A stretch of 64,000 nt of DNA, taken from SAR86 cluster bacterium (GTDB lineage Bacteria > Pseudomonadota > Gammaproteobacteria > Magnimaribacterales > Magnimaribacteraceae). Under the pieces are notes generated by a model. It worked only from the letters and a program-made list of their open reading frames with translations. It ran no database searches and was not told where the DNA came from. The DNA lies in the NCBI GenBank assembly GCA_016777005.1, contig JADHSF010000001.1, positions 105,029-169,028 on the forward strand, read 5' to 3'. Below, in pieces: positions 19,704-30,090 of the stretch. The position numbers and the translations under genes were made by a program. Numbering within the stretch: the stretch's first letter is position 1; each line of letters begins with the position of its first letter.

Positions 19704-22700
19704 TTAATTGATATGTATCTGACTATGATAAACGAACTCAACATTTTCTGCCCCAAAACGTTTGTCCAAAGCCTTTATTGAAGAATCATCTAGATTTACT
19801 GAAAAGTTTTTAGGAAGCACAATGTCTGCTTTCGCTGTATTTCCTTTATATGATATGAGTACCAAATTTCCGTCATCACTATTGGCTATTTCTTTTAGAG
19901 AACCAACAATATCTTTTGTGTTAGCAGAGTCTTCAATATCAATTTTAATATTTTTTACAAACTCACGTCGAGCTTGATCAAACGTTAGTATTCTTTCAGC
20001 AATCATTTTGTGTCTTTGCGAATCTGAGTAAGCATCTTTCTCAACCATTCCTTCTACAACCAACACTTGCCCTTTCTTCAATAGATTTCTGTACTTTTCA
20101 AAAGCATCGGCCCAAATAGAAACTTCTATCTTTCCAGAACCATCATCCAGAGTTGCAAAAGCAAATCTTCCCCTTCTTCCGCTTCGTACATTGAATTGTA
20201 TTAAACATCCGGAAATTCTTTGGTTATGTGTTTCAGATTGAAGCTCAGATATAAAGAAACCACACATATTCCTTACTTCTTTCTTTTTATTTTCAAGTGG
20301 ATGAGAATCTAAATAGAAACCTAAAGCACTCCACTCTGCAGATACCTCATCAAATTCTACTTCATCGTCAATTTCACTAATTTCTGGAGTAATTATCTCT
20401 TCTCCAAAAAGATCTCTTATATTGCTTTTATCTCTTTCAGAAGCTTGTTCTGCATTTTTTAAGCATGAATCTATCCTGGCGAATAGATCTTGTCTTTTCC
20501 CAAGGGTATCCATTGCACCTGAGCCAATCAAGGTGGTAAGTATTCTCCTGTTTATTCTTCTAAATCCGACTCTTAAACAAAAATCATACATATCTTTAAA
20601 CTTCTCTTCTGCTCGCTCAGAAATAATCTTATCTACTAGAGATTCACCTATTCCTTTTATTGCTCCCAGGCCATACAGAATGGTCTTATTATCTGGGTTT
20701 TCAAATTTATAAGAACTTTGGTTTATATCGGGACTCAAAACTGTCAGGCCTATATTCTTACAATCATCTACAAAGAGCTGAATATTATCTGTATTCCCAA
20801 GATCGCATGATAAAACGGATGCCATGAATTCCGCGGGGTAGTGAGCTTTGAGCCAAGCGGTTTGGTAGGCAATTAGTGCATAGCCTACCGAATGAGACCG
20901 GTTAAAACCATAACCTGCAAATTGTTCGATTTGATCAAAGAGATTAGCAGCATATCTCTCATTTACATCTTTTTTTACGGCGCCATCAACAAAAGTAGAC
21001 CTTAAACTTTCCATTTCTTCTTTTTTCTTCTTCCCCATCGCCCTTCTTAAAATATCAGCTTGACCCAATGAAAAGCCAGAAAGCTCCTGAGCTATTTGCA
21101 TTACCTGTTCTTGATAGACGATGACTCCATAAGTCGTGCCAAGTATCTTTTTAACGGATTCATGGCCATAAGTTACTTCTTCTTTTCCATGCTTTCTATT
21201 GATATAAGAATCAACCATATTCATACCAAGTGCTCCAGGTCTATAAAGAGCATTCATACTAACAATGTCCTCAAAATCATTTGGAATCAATTGTTTTAGA
21301 TAATCTCTCATCCCTTTTGATTCCAATTGGAAAATTGCAGTTGTTTCTCCTCTTTGCAATAACTCAAAAGTTTTTTGGTCCTTTAAAGACAAATTATCAA
21401 TATTTAATTTTTCTTCTTTTTCTTTTAATGTTGAGTTTATTCTTCGAACTGATTGGTCTATCACTGTAAGAGTCTTTAATCCCAAAAAATCAAATTTTAC
21501 TAGACCAGCAGACTCTACATCTCCCATATCAAATTGGGATGCTACTGTCCCTTTATCGGAATCTAAAAATAACGGAGTAAAATCAGTAAGGGCAGTTGGG
21601 GCAATTACTACACCAGCTGCATGAGTTCCTACGCTTCTTGATAATCCCTCTAATTTAAGTGCCATATCAAAAACTTCTTTAGATTCATCTGACTCTTCAA
21701 TTGTTTCTTTAAATTGTTTTTCTTCGAATGCTTCTTCCAGACTAATCCCCAATACATCAGGTATGGCTTTAGCTAAACGATCTCCAAAACCATAAGGCTT
21801 ACCTAGCACTCTAACTACGTCTCTTAAAACTGCTCTAGCAGCCATTGTTCCGCGTGTACTGATTTGTGCCACTGAATCTTTGCCATATTTATTAGTAACA
21901 TACTCTAAGACTTTGTCTCTACCTTCTATGCAAAAATCTATATCAAAGTCAGGGTTGCTTACCCGTTCAGGGTTAAGAAACCTCTCAAATAAAAGATCAT
22001 ATCTGATAGGATCAATGGCGGTTATGCCAAGCGAGTAAGCCACTATCGAACCTGCTCCTGAACCTCTTCCAGGCCCAACAGGGATATCATTTTTTTGAGC
22101 CCAATTAACAAAATCTGCAACTATCAAAAAGTAACCAGCAAAATCAAGTTTACAGATCATGTCTAATTCATAATCAAGTCTTTGAATATACTGTGATTCA
22201 TCAATTTTGTAGAAATCTACTGAACTCTCTATTTCTTTAATCCGATCTAGCAGACCTTCTTTAGATAATTTTCTTAAAAATTCTTCTCTTGAAAATTCTT
22301 CGGGCACTTCAAAATCAGGTAAATAGAACTTACCCAACTCTAAATCAATATTGCATTTTTCAGCAATTTTTACAGTATTGATTAAAGCCTCCGGTAGGTC
22401 TGCAAAGAGATTTATCATTTCTTCCTTGCTTCTGAAAAATTGCTGCTCTGTATAATTTTTAGGTCTTCTGGGATCGTCTAAAGTTTCGCCTCTCTGAATA
22501 CAAACTCGAGCTTCATGCGCCTCGAAGTCTGAAGGAGATATTTCAGGATCAGCTGGATTTAAAAACCTTACATTGTTGGTTGCTACAACCGGTATCTGCT
22601 TGTCTGAAGCTAACTGCAAGACTGAATCGTTATATTCCTTTTCATTAGGCTTTCCAAGCCTCTGTATTTCTATGAAGAAATTTTCTTTAAAAATATTTTT

Positions 22701-23180
22701 AAAAAAATCTACTCTTGACTCAGATAGTTGCTTATTGCCCGCTAGTATGGAGTTTCCTATATGCCCCTCCATGCCACCTGATAAAGCGATTATTCCATCA
22801 GAAAACTCTTCTAACCAACTAAATAGCACGATGGGCTCTCCATTGATCTGACCTTCAACATAAGCCTTAGATACAAGTTTAGTTAAATTAATATAACCTT
22901 GCTTGTTCATGGCTAGCAAGACAAGCGGGGCGCACAAAGAATCCATATCTTTAGCCACATTTATTTCTGCGCCAACTATAGGCTTAATGCCTTTATTTCT
23001 TGCTGACCTATAAAATCCTATTAGACCGAAAAGATTTGTTAGATCTGTTAATGCTACAGAATGATAGCCATGATTAAGAGAATGCTCTACTAATTCATCT
23101 ACTCTGATAATACCGTCAACCAATGAGTATTCAGAATGTAAATGTAGATGTACAAAATCTAGTTTATTTATTTGACTCAT
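19704..23180 (-). CDS. dnaE: DNA polymerase III alpha subunit
   Basis: PHP motif HLHLHSEYS, GPGRGSGAGS, PDFDIDF, KFDFLGL and YGFNRSH; no intein. Confidence 0.98.
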   Translation of the reverse strand: MSQINKLDFVHLHLHSEYSLVDGIIRVDELVEHSLNHGYHSVALTDLTNLFGLIGFYRSARNKGIKPIVGAEINVAKDMDSLCAPLVLLAMNKQGYINLTKLVSKAYVEGQINGEPIVLFSWLEEFSDGIIALSGGMEGHIGNSILAGNKQLSESRVDFFKNIFKENFFIEIQRLGKPNEKEYNDSVLQLASDKQIPVVATNNVRFLNPADPEISPSDFEAHEARVCIQRGETLDDPRRPKNYTEQQFFRSKEEMINLFADLPEALINTVKIAEKCNIDLELGKFYLPDFEVPEEFSREEFLRKLSKEGLLDRIKEIESSVDFYKIDESQYIQRLDYELDMICKLDFAGYFLIVADFVNWAQKNDIPVGPGRGSGAGSIVAYSLGITAIDPIRYDLLFERFLNPERVSNPDFDIDFCIEGRDKVLEYVTNKYGKDSVAQISTRGTMAARAVLRDVVRVLGKPYGFGDRLAKAIPDVLGISLEEAFEEKQFKETIEESDESKEVFDMALKLEGLSRSVGTHAAGVVIAPTALTDFTPLFLDSDKGTVASQFDMGDVESAGLVKFDFLGLKTLTVIDQSVRRINSTLKEKEEKLNIDNLSLKDQKTFELLQRGETTAIFQLESKGMRDYLKQLIPNDFEDIVSMNALYRPGALGMNMVDSYINRKHGKEEVTYGHESVKKILGTTYGVIVYQEQVMQIAQELSGFSLGQADILRRAMGKKKKEEMESLRSTFVDGAVKKDVNERYAANLFDQIEQFAGYGFNRSHSVGYALIAYQTAWLKAHYPAEFMASVLSCDLGNTDNIQLFVDDCKNIGLTVLSPDINQSSYKFENPDNKTILYGLGAIKGIGESLVDKIISERAEEKFKDMYDFCLRVGFRRINRRILTTLIGSGAMDTLGKRQDLFARIDSCLKNAEQASERDKSNIRDLFGEEIITPEISEIDDEVEFDEVSAEWSALGFYLDSHPLENKKKEVRNMCGFFISELQSETHNQRISGCLIQFNVRSGRRGRFAFATLDDGSGKIEVSIWADAFEKYRNLLKKGQVLVVEGMVEKDAYSDSQRHKMIAERILTFDQARREFVKNIKIDIEDSANTKDIVGSLKEIANSDDGNLVLISYKGNTAKADIVLPKNFSVNLDDSSIKALDKRFGAENVEFVYHSQIHIN

Positions 23181-23733
23181 GAATACTTTTTATTGGTTTA
23201 AAACTTAATCTATGTTCTTTGGTTATACCATTAGAGTTTAATGCTTCTAGGTGCATCTTTGTAGGATAACCTTTATGTTGCTTAAAACCATATCTAGGAT
23301 AAATAGTATCTAGGTTTCTCATATAGTTATCTCTTGAAACTTTAGCAAGGATAGATGCTGCCATAATACTTCTTTCATTTTGATCACCCTTTATAATTGT
23401 TTTGGTTGAAATATTTACTAGAGGTGCATGAATCCCATCCACCAAAACTAATTCAGGAAGTACTTCTAGCCCTTCAATGGCCCTCTTCATTGCTAATAAA
23501 GATGCCTGTAAGATATTCACAGAATCAATTTCTATTACACTACTTGCACCTATTGACCACGTTATAGAATGAAACTTTATTTCTTCTATCAATGCTTCTC
23601 TTTTTTTTTCGGGAATTTTCTTAGAGTCATTTAAACCTTTTATTTCTTCTTTTGGCTTCAGGATGACTGCTGCGGCAAAAACAGGTCCGGCTAGAGGACC
23701 CCTTCCCGCTTCATCTACACCTGCGGTAATCAA
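23164..23733 (-). CDS. rnhB: Ribonuclease HII
   Basis: GVDEAGRGPLAGPV, DSKK, AASILAKV and HKGYPT motifs. Confidence 0.97.
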   Translation of the reverse strand: MITAGVDEAGRGPLAGPVFAAAVILKPKEEIKGLNDSKKIPEKKREALIEEIKFHSITWSIGASSVIEIDSVNILQASLLAMKRAIEGLEVLPELVLVDGIHAPLVNISTKTIIKGDQNERSIMAASILAKVSRDNYMRNLDTIYPRYGFKQHKGYPTKMHLEALNSNGITKEHRLSFKPIKSIHESNK

Positions 23734-24848
23734 TTTAAAATCTTAAAAATTTCTTGAGCAGCCTTTTCAGCTCCACCAGCTCTTAGCTGAATCCTGATAG
23801 ACTCAAATTCATTTCTAAAAAATTTAAGGCCTTTATTTTTAATTAAATTTATTGAATCAATAACCTTTTCTGTTGAAATTTCTGTTTGAAGTAGTTCAGG
23901 AAGAATCTCTTTCCCTGCAATTAAATTAGGTAATGAAAAGGAATCAATTTTTAAAAGCGGCTTAATAATCAAATAAGATAACCAATTAGTTCTGTATAAA
24001 GTCACACAAGGAGTGCTTGATAAAATAGATTCAAGAGTTGCCGTACCGGAAGTGATAATTGCTATTTCTGATTTTTTCAATACTTCCTGAGCATTTCCAA
24101 AACTAATATCTACAAAGTCATTGATATCTTTGTCCAAAAATTTAAGGTGGCCTTTGTCCGATAAGGGCATAAAGAATTTATAACCTGAATTAAGTTTCTT
24201 TAATGCTCTTGCCGCATTAACCATTTCATTACCAAGTAAAGATACTTCAGATTTTCTACTGCCAGGCATTAATGCAATGCTGTCCTTTACCTTAGAATCA
24301 ATTTCTTCTTCACTGACATTGATTGCATAGGCCAATGGATGTCCTATATATGAAACATCAATTTTAGATTCTGAGTAAGCTGATTCTTCAAAAGGGAACA
24401 ATGTAAGGACACTATCTATAGATTCTTCCATAGATTTTATACGGCCTTTTCGCCACGCCCAAACGGAAGGACTTACATATTGCACAGTCTTAATGCCTAA
24501 CTTTAGTTTTAAAAATTTGCTAATGGGTAAATTAAAATCAGGAGAGTCTATTCCTATAAAAATATCTGGATTTTCTTTTAACAAAAAATCTTTAAGGTCT
24601 TTTCGTAGCCTTAGAAGCTTTTTTAAATTTAATAGAGGTTCAATGATCCCCATAACCGAGATTTCATCCATCTGAAAAAATGAGTTGAGGCCTTTAGAAA
24701 TCATTTTTGGGCCACCTACACCAACAAAATCTACAGAAGGGTTGATTGCTCTTAAAGATTCCATCAATGGAGCGCCCAATGCGTCTCCAGACTTTTCTCC
24801 CGCAACGATTGCGATTTTTATATTGCGACTCTTATCTATTTGAGTCAT
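23730..24848 (-). CDS. lpxB: Lipid-A-disaccharide synthase
   Basis: AGEKSGD, IDSPDFN, YVSPSVWAWR, PGSR and SGTATLE motifs. Confidence 0.97.
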   Translation of the reverse strand: MTQIDKSRNIKIAIVAGEKSGDALGAPLMESLRAINPSVDFVGVGGPKMISKGLNSFFQMDEISVMGIIEPLLNLKKLLRLRKDLKDFLLKENPDIFIGIDSPDFNLPISKFLKLKLGIKTVQYVSPSVWAWRKGRIKSMEESIDSVLTLFPFEESAYSESKIDVSYIGHPLAYAINVSEEEIDSKVKDSIALMPGSRKSEVSLLGNEMVNAARALKKLNSGYKFFMPLSDKGHLKFLDKDINDFVDISFGNAQEVLKKSEIAIITSGTATLESILSSTPCVTLYRTNWLSYLIIKPLLKIDSFSLPNLIAGKEILPELLQTEISTEKVIDSINLIKNKGLKFFRNEFESIRIQLRAGGAEKAAQEIFKILN

Positions 24849-25618
24849 TAACGAGAAATACCTCTCGTAGATTTCTCTATAGAAGACATAAAAATATCTA
24901 CTTCTTTGAAGTCATTTCTTAAAGATTTTACATCTTCCAAGGCTTCATCAACTGTTAACTTTTTTCTATAAACCGATCTGTATGCAGACCTTAATGCCTC
25001 TATACTTTCTTTCGAATAACCCAACCTTTTAATGCCAGTCACGTTAATCCCAAAAGGACCGGCCGGATTCCCTCTCACTTTTACATAAGCAGGTACATCT
25101 TTGTTAACTGAACTACCCATTGCGCAAAAACTATAACTTCCTATGGAACAGAATTGATGCACAATTGCATATCCTCCAAGTATGGCGCCATCTCCAACTA
25201 ATACTGAGCCTGCAAGTGCAGCTTGGTTAGTCAAAACAATATCATCTCCTAGTACGCAATCATGAGCTATATGAGAATAAGCCATAATTAGATTTCTATT
25301 ACCTATTAAGGTCTCACCTCTATCTTGAATCGTGCCTCTATGAATTGTAACTCCTTCTCTAATTATATTATCGTCACCGATCACAAGAGTTGTAGGTTCA
25401 TTGTTATATTTTTTATCAGGACTGCCATCTCCGACTGTTGAAAATTGAAATATATGGTTTCTACGACCTATTTGTGTAGGACCTTTCAAGATGACATGTG
25501 ATTCAATTTTTGTGTTTTCTCCTATTTCCACATCAGGACCAATTAAACAAAAAGGGCCGATCTCCACAGACTCATGGATTTTAGCTGATGGGTCTATTAT
25601 GGAAGAAGGATGCTGCAT
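24848..25618 (-). CDS. lpxA: UDP-N-acetylglucosamine acyltransferase
   Basis: Hexapeptide repeats; IREGVTIHRGT, HIAHDC and VHQF motifs. Confidence 0.97.
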   Translation of the reverse strand: MQHPSSIIDPSAKIHESVEIGPFCLIGPDVEIGENTKIESHVILKGPTQIGRRNHIFQFSTVGDGSPDKKYNNEPTTLVIGDDNIIREGVTIHRGTIQDRGETLIGNRNLIMAYSHIAHDCVLGDDIVLTNQAALAGSVLVGDGAILGGYAIVHQFCSIGSYSFCAMGSSVNKDVPAYVKVRGNPAGPFGINVTGIKRLGYSKESIEALRSAYRSVYRKKLTVDEALEDVKSLRNDFKEVDIFMSSIEKSTRGISR

Positions 25619-25620
25619 GT

Positions 25621-26067
25621 TTACTTTGGTCTATCCGCACAAAGTATTGTAGCTTTGGCAACTAATTCACTTTCAACCATTGCATTACAATCAAATTTCC
25701 ATATTCCTTTCTTATTCGTTACAACCTTAGAATTAAGGATTAATTTATCTCCAGGTACTGCAGGTCTTTTGAATCGAAGATTATCAGCACCTACAAAATA
25801 GTAAATAGATCCATCTTCTGGCTTTTTATCCATTGTTTTAAAGCCCAAAATTCCTGACGCTTGAGCCATAGCTTCAACAATCAATACTCCTGGCATAACC
25901 TGTTTCCCTGGGAAATGCCCCATAAAAAAAGGCTCATTAGTAGTAATATTTTTGTAAGCACTTATAGAGTCACCTAAAACTATCTCTGTAACCCTATCTA
26001 CTAATAAGATAGGGTATCTGTGAGGTAACAATTCTTGTATTTCTTCTATATTAATTTCGACTTCCAT
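25621..26067 (-). CDS. fabZ: 3-hydroxyacyl-ACP dehydratase
   Basis: LPHRYP and [16 protein letters not shown] motifs. Confidence 0.97.
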   Translation of the reverse strand: MEVEINIEEIQELLPHRYPILLVDRVTEIVLGDSISAYKNITTNEPFFMGHFPGKQVMPGVLIVEAMAQASGILGFKTMDKKPEDGSIYYFVGADNLRFKRPAVPGDKLILNSKVVTNKKGIWKFDCNAMVESELVAKATILCADRPK

Positions 26068-26071
26068 TTTT

Positions 26072-27070
26072 TTAATTTTTTAATAATTTATAAAGCTTTT
26101 TAAATCCGACGGCATTTTTCTTCCACTCAGTGTTTTTCATAAAGGGAGTTCCGGACGAATAAAAACCACTTTCTTTAATTGATTTTGTTATCAAAGATTT
26201 AGCGGTTACGTGTACCTCATCCACTAATTCAATATTATCTACAAGAGCAGTACATCCTGCCAAGGTGCAATTTTTGCCTACTTTAGTGCTACCTGCCACT
26301 GCACTATTTGCAGCAATAGCAGTCCCCGAGCCGATATGAACATTATGCGCTAAGTGAACTAGATTATCTATTTTGACATTATCATCAACGATCGTGTCAC
26401 CTACGGACCCTCTATCTATTGTTGTATTTGATCCCAATTCAACATTATTACCTATCACCACCCCACCCAGATGCTGGATTTTCACCCAGGCTCCGTTATC
26501 TTTAGCAAAACCTAAGCCATCTGAACCCAAAACTACACCTGAATGGATTATGCAATCATGGCCTATTTCAACAGAATCATAAACAGAAGCATTGGAATGT
26601 ATAACTGTGCCGCTTTTAACCACTACATTATGTCCAATATATACACCAGGCATTAGAACAACATCTTCTTCTATAACCGCATTTTTAGATATTGACACAA
26701 AGTTTTCTATGACTGCGCTTGACGCCACTGAAGCGGTTTCATCAATAAAAGTGAGCTTAGCTATACCTGCATGCGATGAGAGTCTTGATTTAAATATTTC
26801 AGTACATTTTGCGTAGAGAAGATGTGGATTTTCACCAATTATCTTAGGTCCCTTAAAATGCTCAGATAATTTGTCATTGCATATCACTGCAGCTGCATGT
26901 GTAGTAAGAAGCTCAGGTATAAAAGATTCTCTAGTTATAAAGGTTATTTCTTGTTGAGTAGCAGCACTCAGAGAGGATATCCCTAGTATCTCTGTGTTAG
27001 GATCACCTTCAACTTCACCACCAATTGCATCAGCAAGTTCCGATAACCTGAAGCTTTTTACTGGAGACAC
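26072..27070 (-). CDS. lpxD: UDP-3-O-acyl-glucosamine N-acyltransferase
   Basis: Hexapeptide repeats; GSDGLGF, TTIDRG and [12 protein letters not shown] motifs. Confidence 0.96.
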   Translation of the reverse strand: MSPVKSFRLSELADAIGGEVEGDPNTEILGISSLSAATQQEITFITRESFIPELLTTHAAAVICNDKLSEHFKGPKIIGENPHLLYAKCTEIFKSRLSSHAGIAKLTFIDETASVASSAVIENFVSISKNAVIEEDVVLMPGVYIGHNVVVKSGTVIHSNASVYDSVEIGHDCIIHSGVVLGSDGLGFAKDNGAWVKIQHLGGVVIGNNVELGSNTTIDRGSVGDTIVDDNVKIDNLVHLAHNVHIGSGTAIAANSAVAGSTKVGKNCTLAGCTALVDNIELVDEVHVTAKSLITKSIKESGFYSSGTPFMKNTEWKKNAVGFKKLYKLLKN

Positions 27071-27076
27071 GAAAAA

Positions 27077-27607
27077 TTAATCTTCTTTTTCATTCATCGC
27101 ATCGATAACTTCTTGAGTTATGTCGTAGCTTTGATCTGCATGCAAAAGTGTGCCTTGTTGCCCACCGCTGTTAATTAACAAGGTGATACCCTTGGCTCTA
27201 ATTAGCTCAGTTACAATTACCTGAAATTTTTCAGCCTGTTCTTGAGAAATTAGCTGTAAAGTTTGATTTCTGAATTGGTTAGTTTTTTCCCTTAGAAAAT
27301 TTATGTCTTGTTGTAGAGATTGAAATTTTTGAGCTGCCTCTTGCTTATCCTCATCCGACATTGTAGGGCCGTCTTTTTGGGTTTTCTCTTGGATTTCTCT
27401 AGCTTCTGTAGCTTTATCTTGCAGTTCCTCTACAACCTCTTTCCACTCATCTGAGTTTTCGAGTTCCTCGAGCTCTTTTTTCGCAACATTTGTGCTAAAT
27501 AATGCAGCCTGAGGATCAAGAGTAGCGATATTTAGATCAGCAGCAGAAAGCGTAAAAGTAAATAATGATGCCGTAAGTGCAATGAATATAGTTTTAAAAA
27601 ATTTCAT
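27077..27607 (-). CDS. skp: Periplasmic chaperone Skp/OmpH
   Basis: Signal peptide, coiled coil and C-terminal DIT..V; lies between bamA and lpxD. Confidence 0.88.
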   Translation of the reverse strand: MKFFKTIFIALTASLFTFTLSAADLNIATLDPQAALFSTNVAKKELEELENSDEWKEVVEELQDKATEAREIQEKTQKDGPTMSDEDKQEAAQKFQSLQQDINFLREKTNQFRNQTLQLISQEQAEKFQVIVTELIRAKGITLLINSGGQQGTLLHADQSYDITQEVIDAMNEKED

Positions 27608-27678
27608 AGTTTTTCCTTTAAATAACCGGTCGGTGAATTCTACAGTTTTGTGAACTATTTTAGTAGCATTAAGCGAAT

Positions 27679-30090
27679 TTAAAATTGTGTTCCAATTTCA
27701 AATTGAAATGTTTCTGTCTCATCAAGCGGTCCTTCATTTGAAGGTGCAGCTAAAGCTAGTGACATAGGTCCTAATTGAGTAATCCAAGTCACCCCTACAC
27801 CATAAGAATATCTTAATTGACCAAAATCTAATTCACTACAGTTAATATTTGTTTGGTCAGTTCCACAGTCTTTTGAAAAGACATTTCCTATGTCGACAAA
27901 AAATGAACTTCTCATAGATCTTTGGTCATCAATAAATGGTAGTTTAAAGATAAAATCAAATCCTCCTTCTACTAAATAAGCCCCACCAATTGATCTGTCA
28001 TCCCTGTAGTAAGAATAAGGATTCAGGACTGGGTTACCATCTTCACCAACTATTTGATTACCTTCGCTATCTAAATAATATTGAGAAGGAATAGCTCTAG
28101 GCCCTAAGGTATTTTGCTTAAAACCCCGCACTGAACTAATGCCGCCAGAATAATAATGCTCGAAGAATGGTGCTACTTTAGTATCCCCATATGCTTCTAG
28201 TAAACCTAATTCTCCTCTAAAACCTAGTACAAACCTACCACCAAAGATTGGTTTAAAATATTTATGTCTATAAGTTGCTTTCGTATAAGTTAATGAACTG
28301 CCCGGAATAGCCACTTGTAGAGCAAGAGATTGAGATTGCCCAGCAGTGGGGAATAGTCCTCTATTAAGCGTTACTTTTGACCAAATTAACTGGGTTTTGA
28401 AAACCTCAAAATTTGTTCCTTCTGATTGCGTAAAAGCTAATATCTGGGAAGCCGGTGTAGAACCTGTATCAATACTTGTATTATCGTAATTAAAGTTCAG
28501 ACCAAACCTTTCAATATCACTGATGGGTAAACCAAACTGGATACCAGCCCCAAAAGAATCCGAGGTATAACTTGCTATGTTGAACTGCCCATAGTCTGAC
28601 TCTCTAAAATATGCACTATAGCCTCTGCTAACACCATCAATATTAAAATAAGGCTCTCCGTAACTGAATGAATAACTCCTCTGCCATGTACTATCATTTA
28701 TTCCAATGCCAATAGCTCTTCCCGTTCCGAATGCATTATTTTCATTGTAGTTCAAGCCTAGAACCATACCGTAAGCACCGTACCCTAAACTACCACCAAT
28801 AGACCCTGAAAACTCTTCTTCAACCGAGAATTCAACATCTATCTGATCGTTCACGCCAGGAACGGGTATTGTTTCTGATTCAACCTCTTTAAAATAACCC
28901 AGCCTCTCCAGTCTTAATTTAGAATTTTCAATGAGATTATTAGAAGCCCAAGCCCCCTCCATTTGTCTCATTTCTCTCCTCAACACTACATCATGAGTTC
29001 TTTTATTTCCTTTGAAAATAATTCTTCTGACATAAGTTCTTTGCTGAGCATCGACATAAAAAGTTAGATCAACATTACCTGATTCTTCATTGACATCTGG
29101 CACGCCTCGCACTTCAGCAAAACTATAACCCTCATTGCCTAAAATGTTTTTAAATATCTCTTCTGTTTCGGTAATCAAGTATTGATTAAAACGCTCGCCT
29201 GATTTAATTAAAATTAAAGATTTAAGAACCTCTTCATCGATAGGTAAGTCACCAACAATTTTTACTTTATCCACTTCATAGGTCGTACCTTCTGAAATAT
29301 TTAAGGTAATAAAAACTTGTGATTTATCAGCAGAAACGCTTACTTGAGAGCTTTCAAGATTAAACTCTACATAACCTCTATTCTTATAAAAAGATTCTAG
29401 AGATTCGATATCTCCTTTTAATTTTTCTCTTGAATATCTATTATCATTTGTGAAAAATGAAAACCATCCTCCTGTTTTAAGCTCGAATCCTTTAACTAGC
29501 TCTTCATCGAGAAATGATTGATTTCCTATGATGTTGATATTATTTATTTCCGCCACCTCTCCTTCATCTATTTCGATATTTAAAGAAACTCTATTTCTAA
29601 GCTCATCTTCTGTTGTGACATCAACTTTTGCACCATATCGACCTTGAGAGACATATTGTCTTTGGATTTCTAAAGCCAGACTATTAACAATGGATCTCTT
29701 AAATACCTGTCCTTGCGATAGGCCTGCATCATCTAGACCTCTCAATAAATCTTCAGTCTTCAAGGCCTTATTTCCATCTAATTCAATAGAAGCTATTGAT
29801 GGCCTCTCCACAAGACTGATTATCAATGTATTGCCTTCCCTGCCTAGTTGTATGTCATCAAATTGACCAGTTTTAAAAATAGTTTTGGCGGTAGTTTGTA
29901 AGTCATAAACATCGACAGTATCACCGACAGCTATAGGCATGACATTGAAAACACTTCCTGCAGAAACTCTTTGTAATCCAGTGATCCTAATATCATTAAC
30001 CACCCATTCTTCGTTTGAACTAACGGTTTGAATTTGAATAAAAACAAGAGAAATTGCTAAGAGAATTAATTTTAAATGACTCCTTATCAT
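27679..30090 (-). CDS. bamA: Outer membrane protein assembly factor
   Basis: POTRA domains (DIRITGLQRV, VLRREMRQMEG), VRGF loop-6 motif, C-terminal F. Confidence 0.97.
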   Translation of the reverse strand: MIRSHLKLILLAISLVFIQIQTVSSNEEWVVNDIRITGLQRVSAGSVFNVMPIAVGDTVDVYDLQTTAKTIFKTGQFDDIQLGREGNTLIISLVERPSIASIELDGNKALKTEDLLRGLDDAGLSQGQVFKRSIVNSLALEIQRQYVSQGRYGAKVDVTTEDELRNRVSLNIEIDEGEVAEINNINIIGNQSFLDEELVKGFELKTGGWFSFFTNDNRYSREKLKGDIESLESFYKNRGYVEFNLESSQVSVSADKSQVFITLNISEGTTYEVDKVKIVGDLPIDEEVLKSLILIKSGERFNQYLITETEEIFKNILGNEGYSFAEVRGVPDVNEESGNVDLTFYVDAQQRTYVRRIIFKGNKRTHDVVLRREMRQMEGAWASNNLIENSKLRLERLGYFKEVESETIPVPGVNDQIDVEFSVEEEFSGSIGGSLGYGAYGMVLGLNYNENNAFGTGRAIGIGINDSTWQRSYSFSYGEPYFNIDGVSRGYSAYFRESDYGQFNIASYTSDSFGAGIQFGLPISDIERFGLNFNYDNTSIDTGSTPASQILAFTQSEGTNFEVFKTQLIWSKVTLNRGLFPTAGQSQSLALQVAIPGSSLTYTKATYRHKYFKPIFGGRFVLGFRGELGLLEAYGDTKVAPFFEHYYSGGISSVRGFKQNTLGPRAIPSQYYLDSEGNQIVGEDGNPVLNPYSYYRDDRSIGGAYLVEGGFDFIFKLPFIDDQRSMRSSFFVDIGNVFSKDCGTDQTNINCSELDFGQLRYSYGVGVTWITQLGPMSLALAAPSNEGPLDETETFQFEIGTQF

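Noticed and set aside
19704-23180. Intein or frameshift in dnaE
   Set aside because: Normal length (1158 aa), continuous motifs and only a small PHP-domain insertion.
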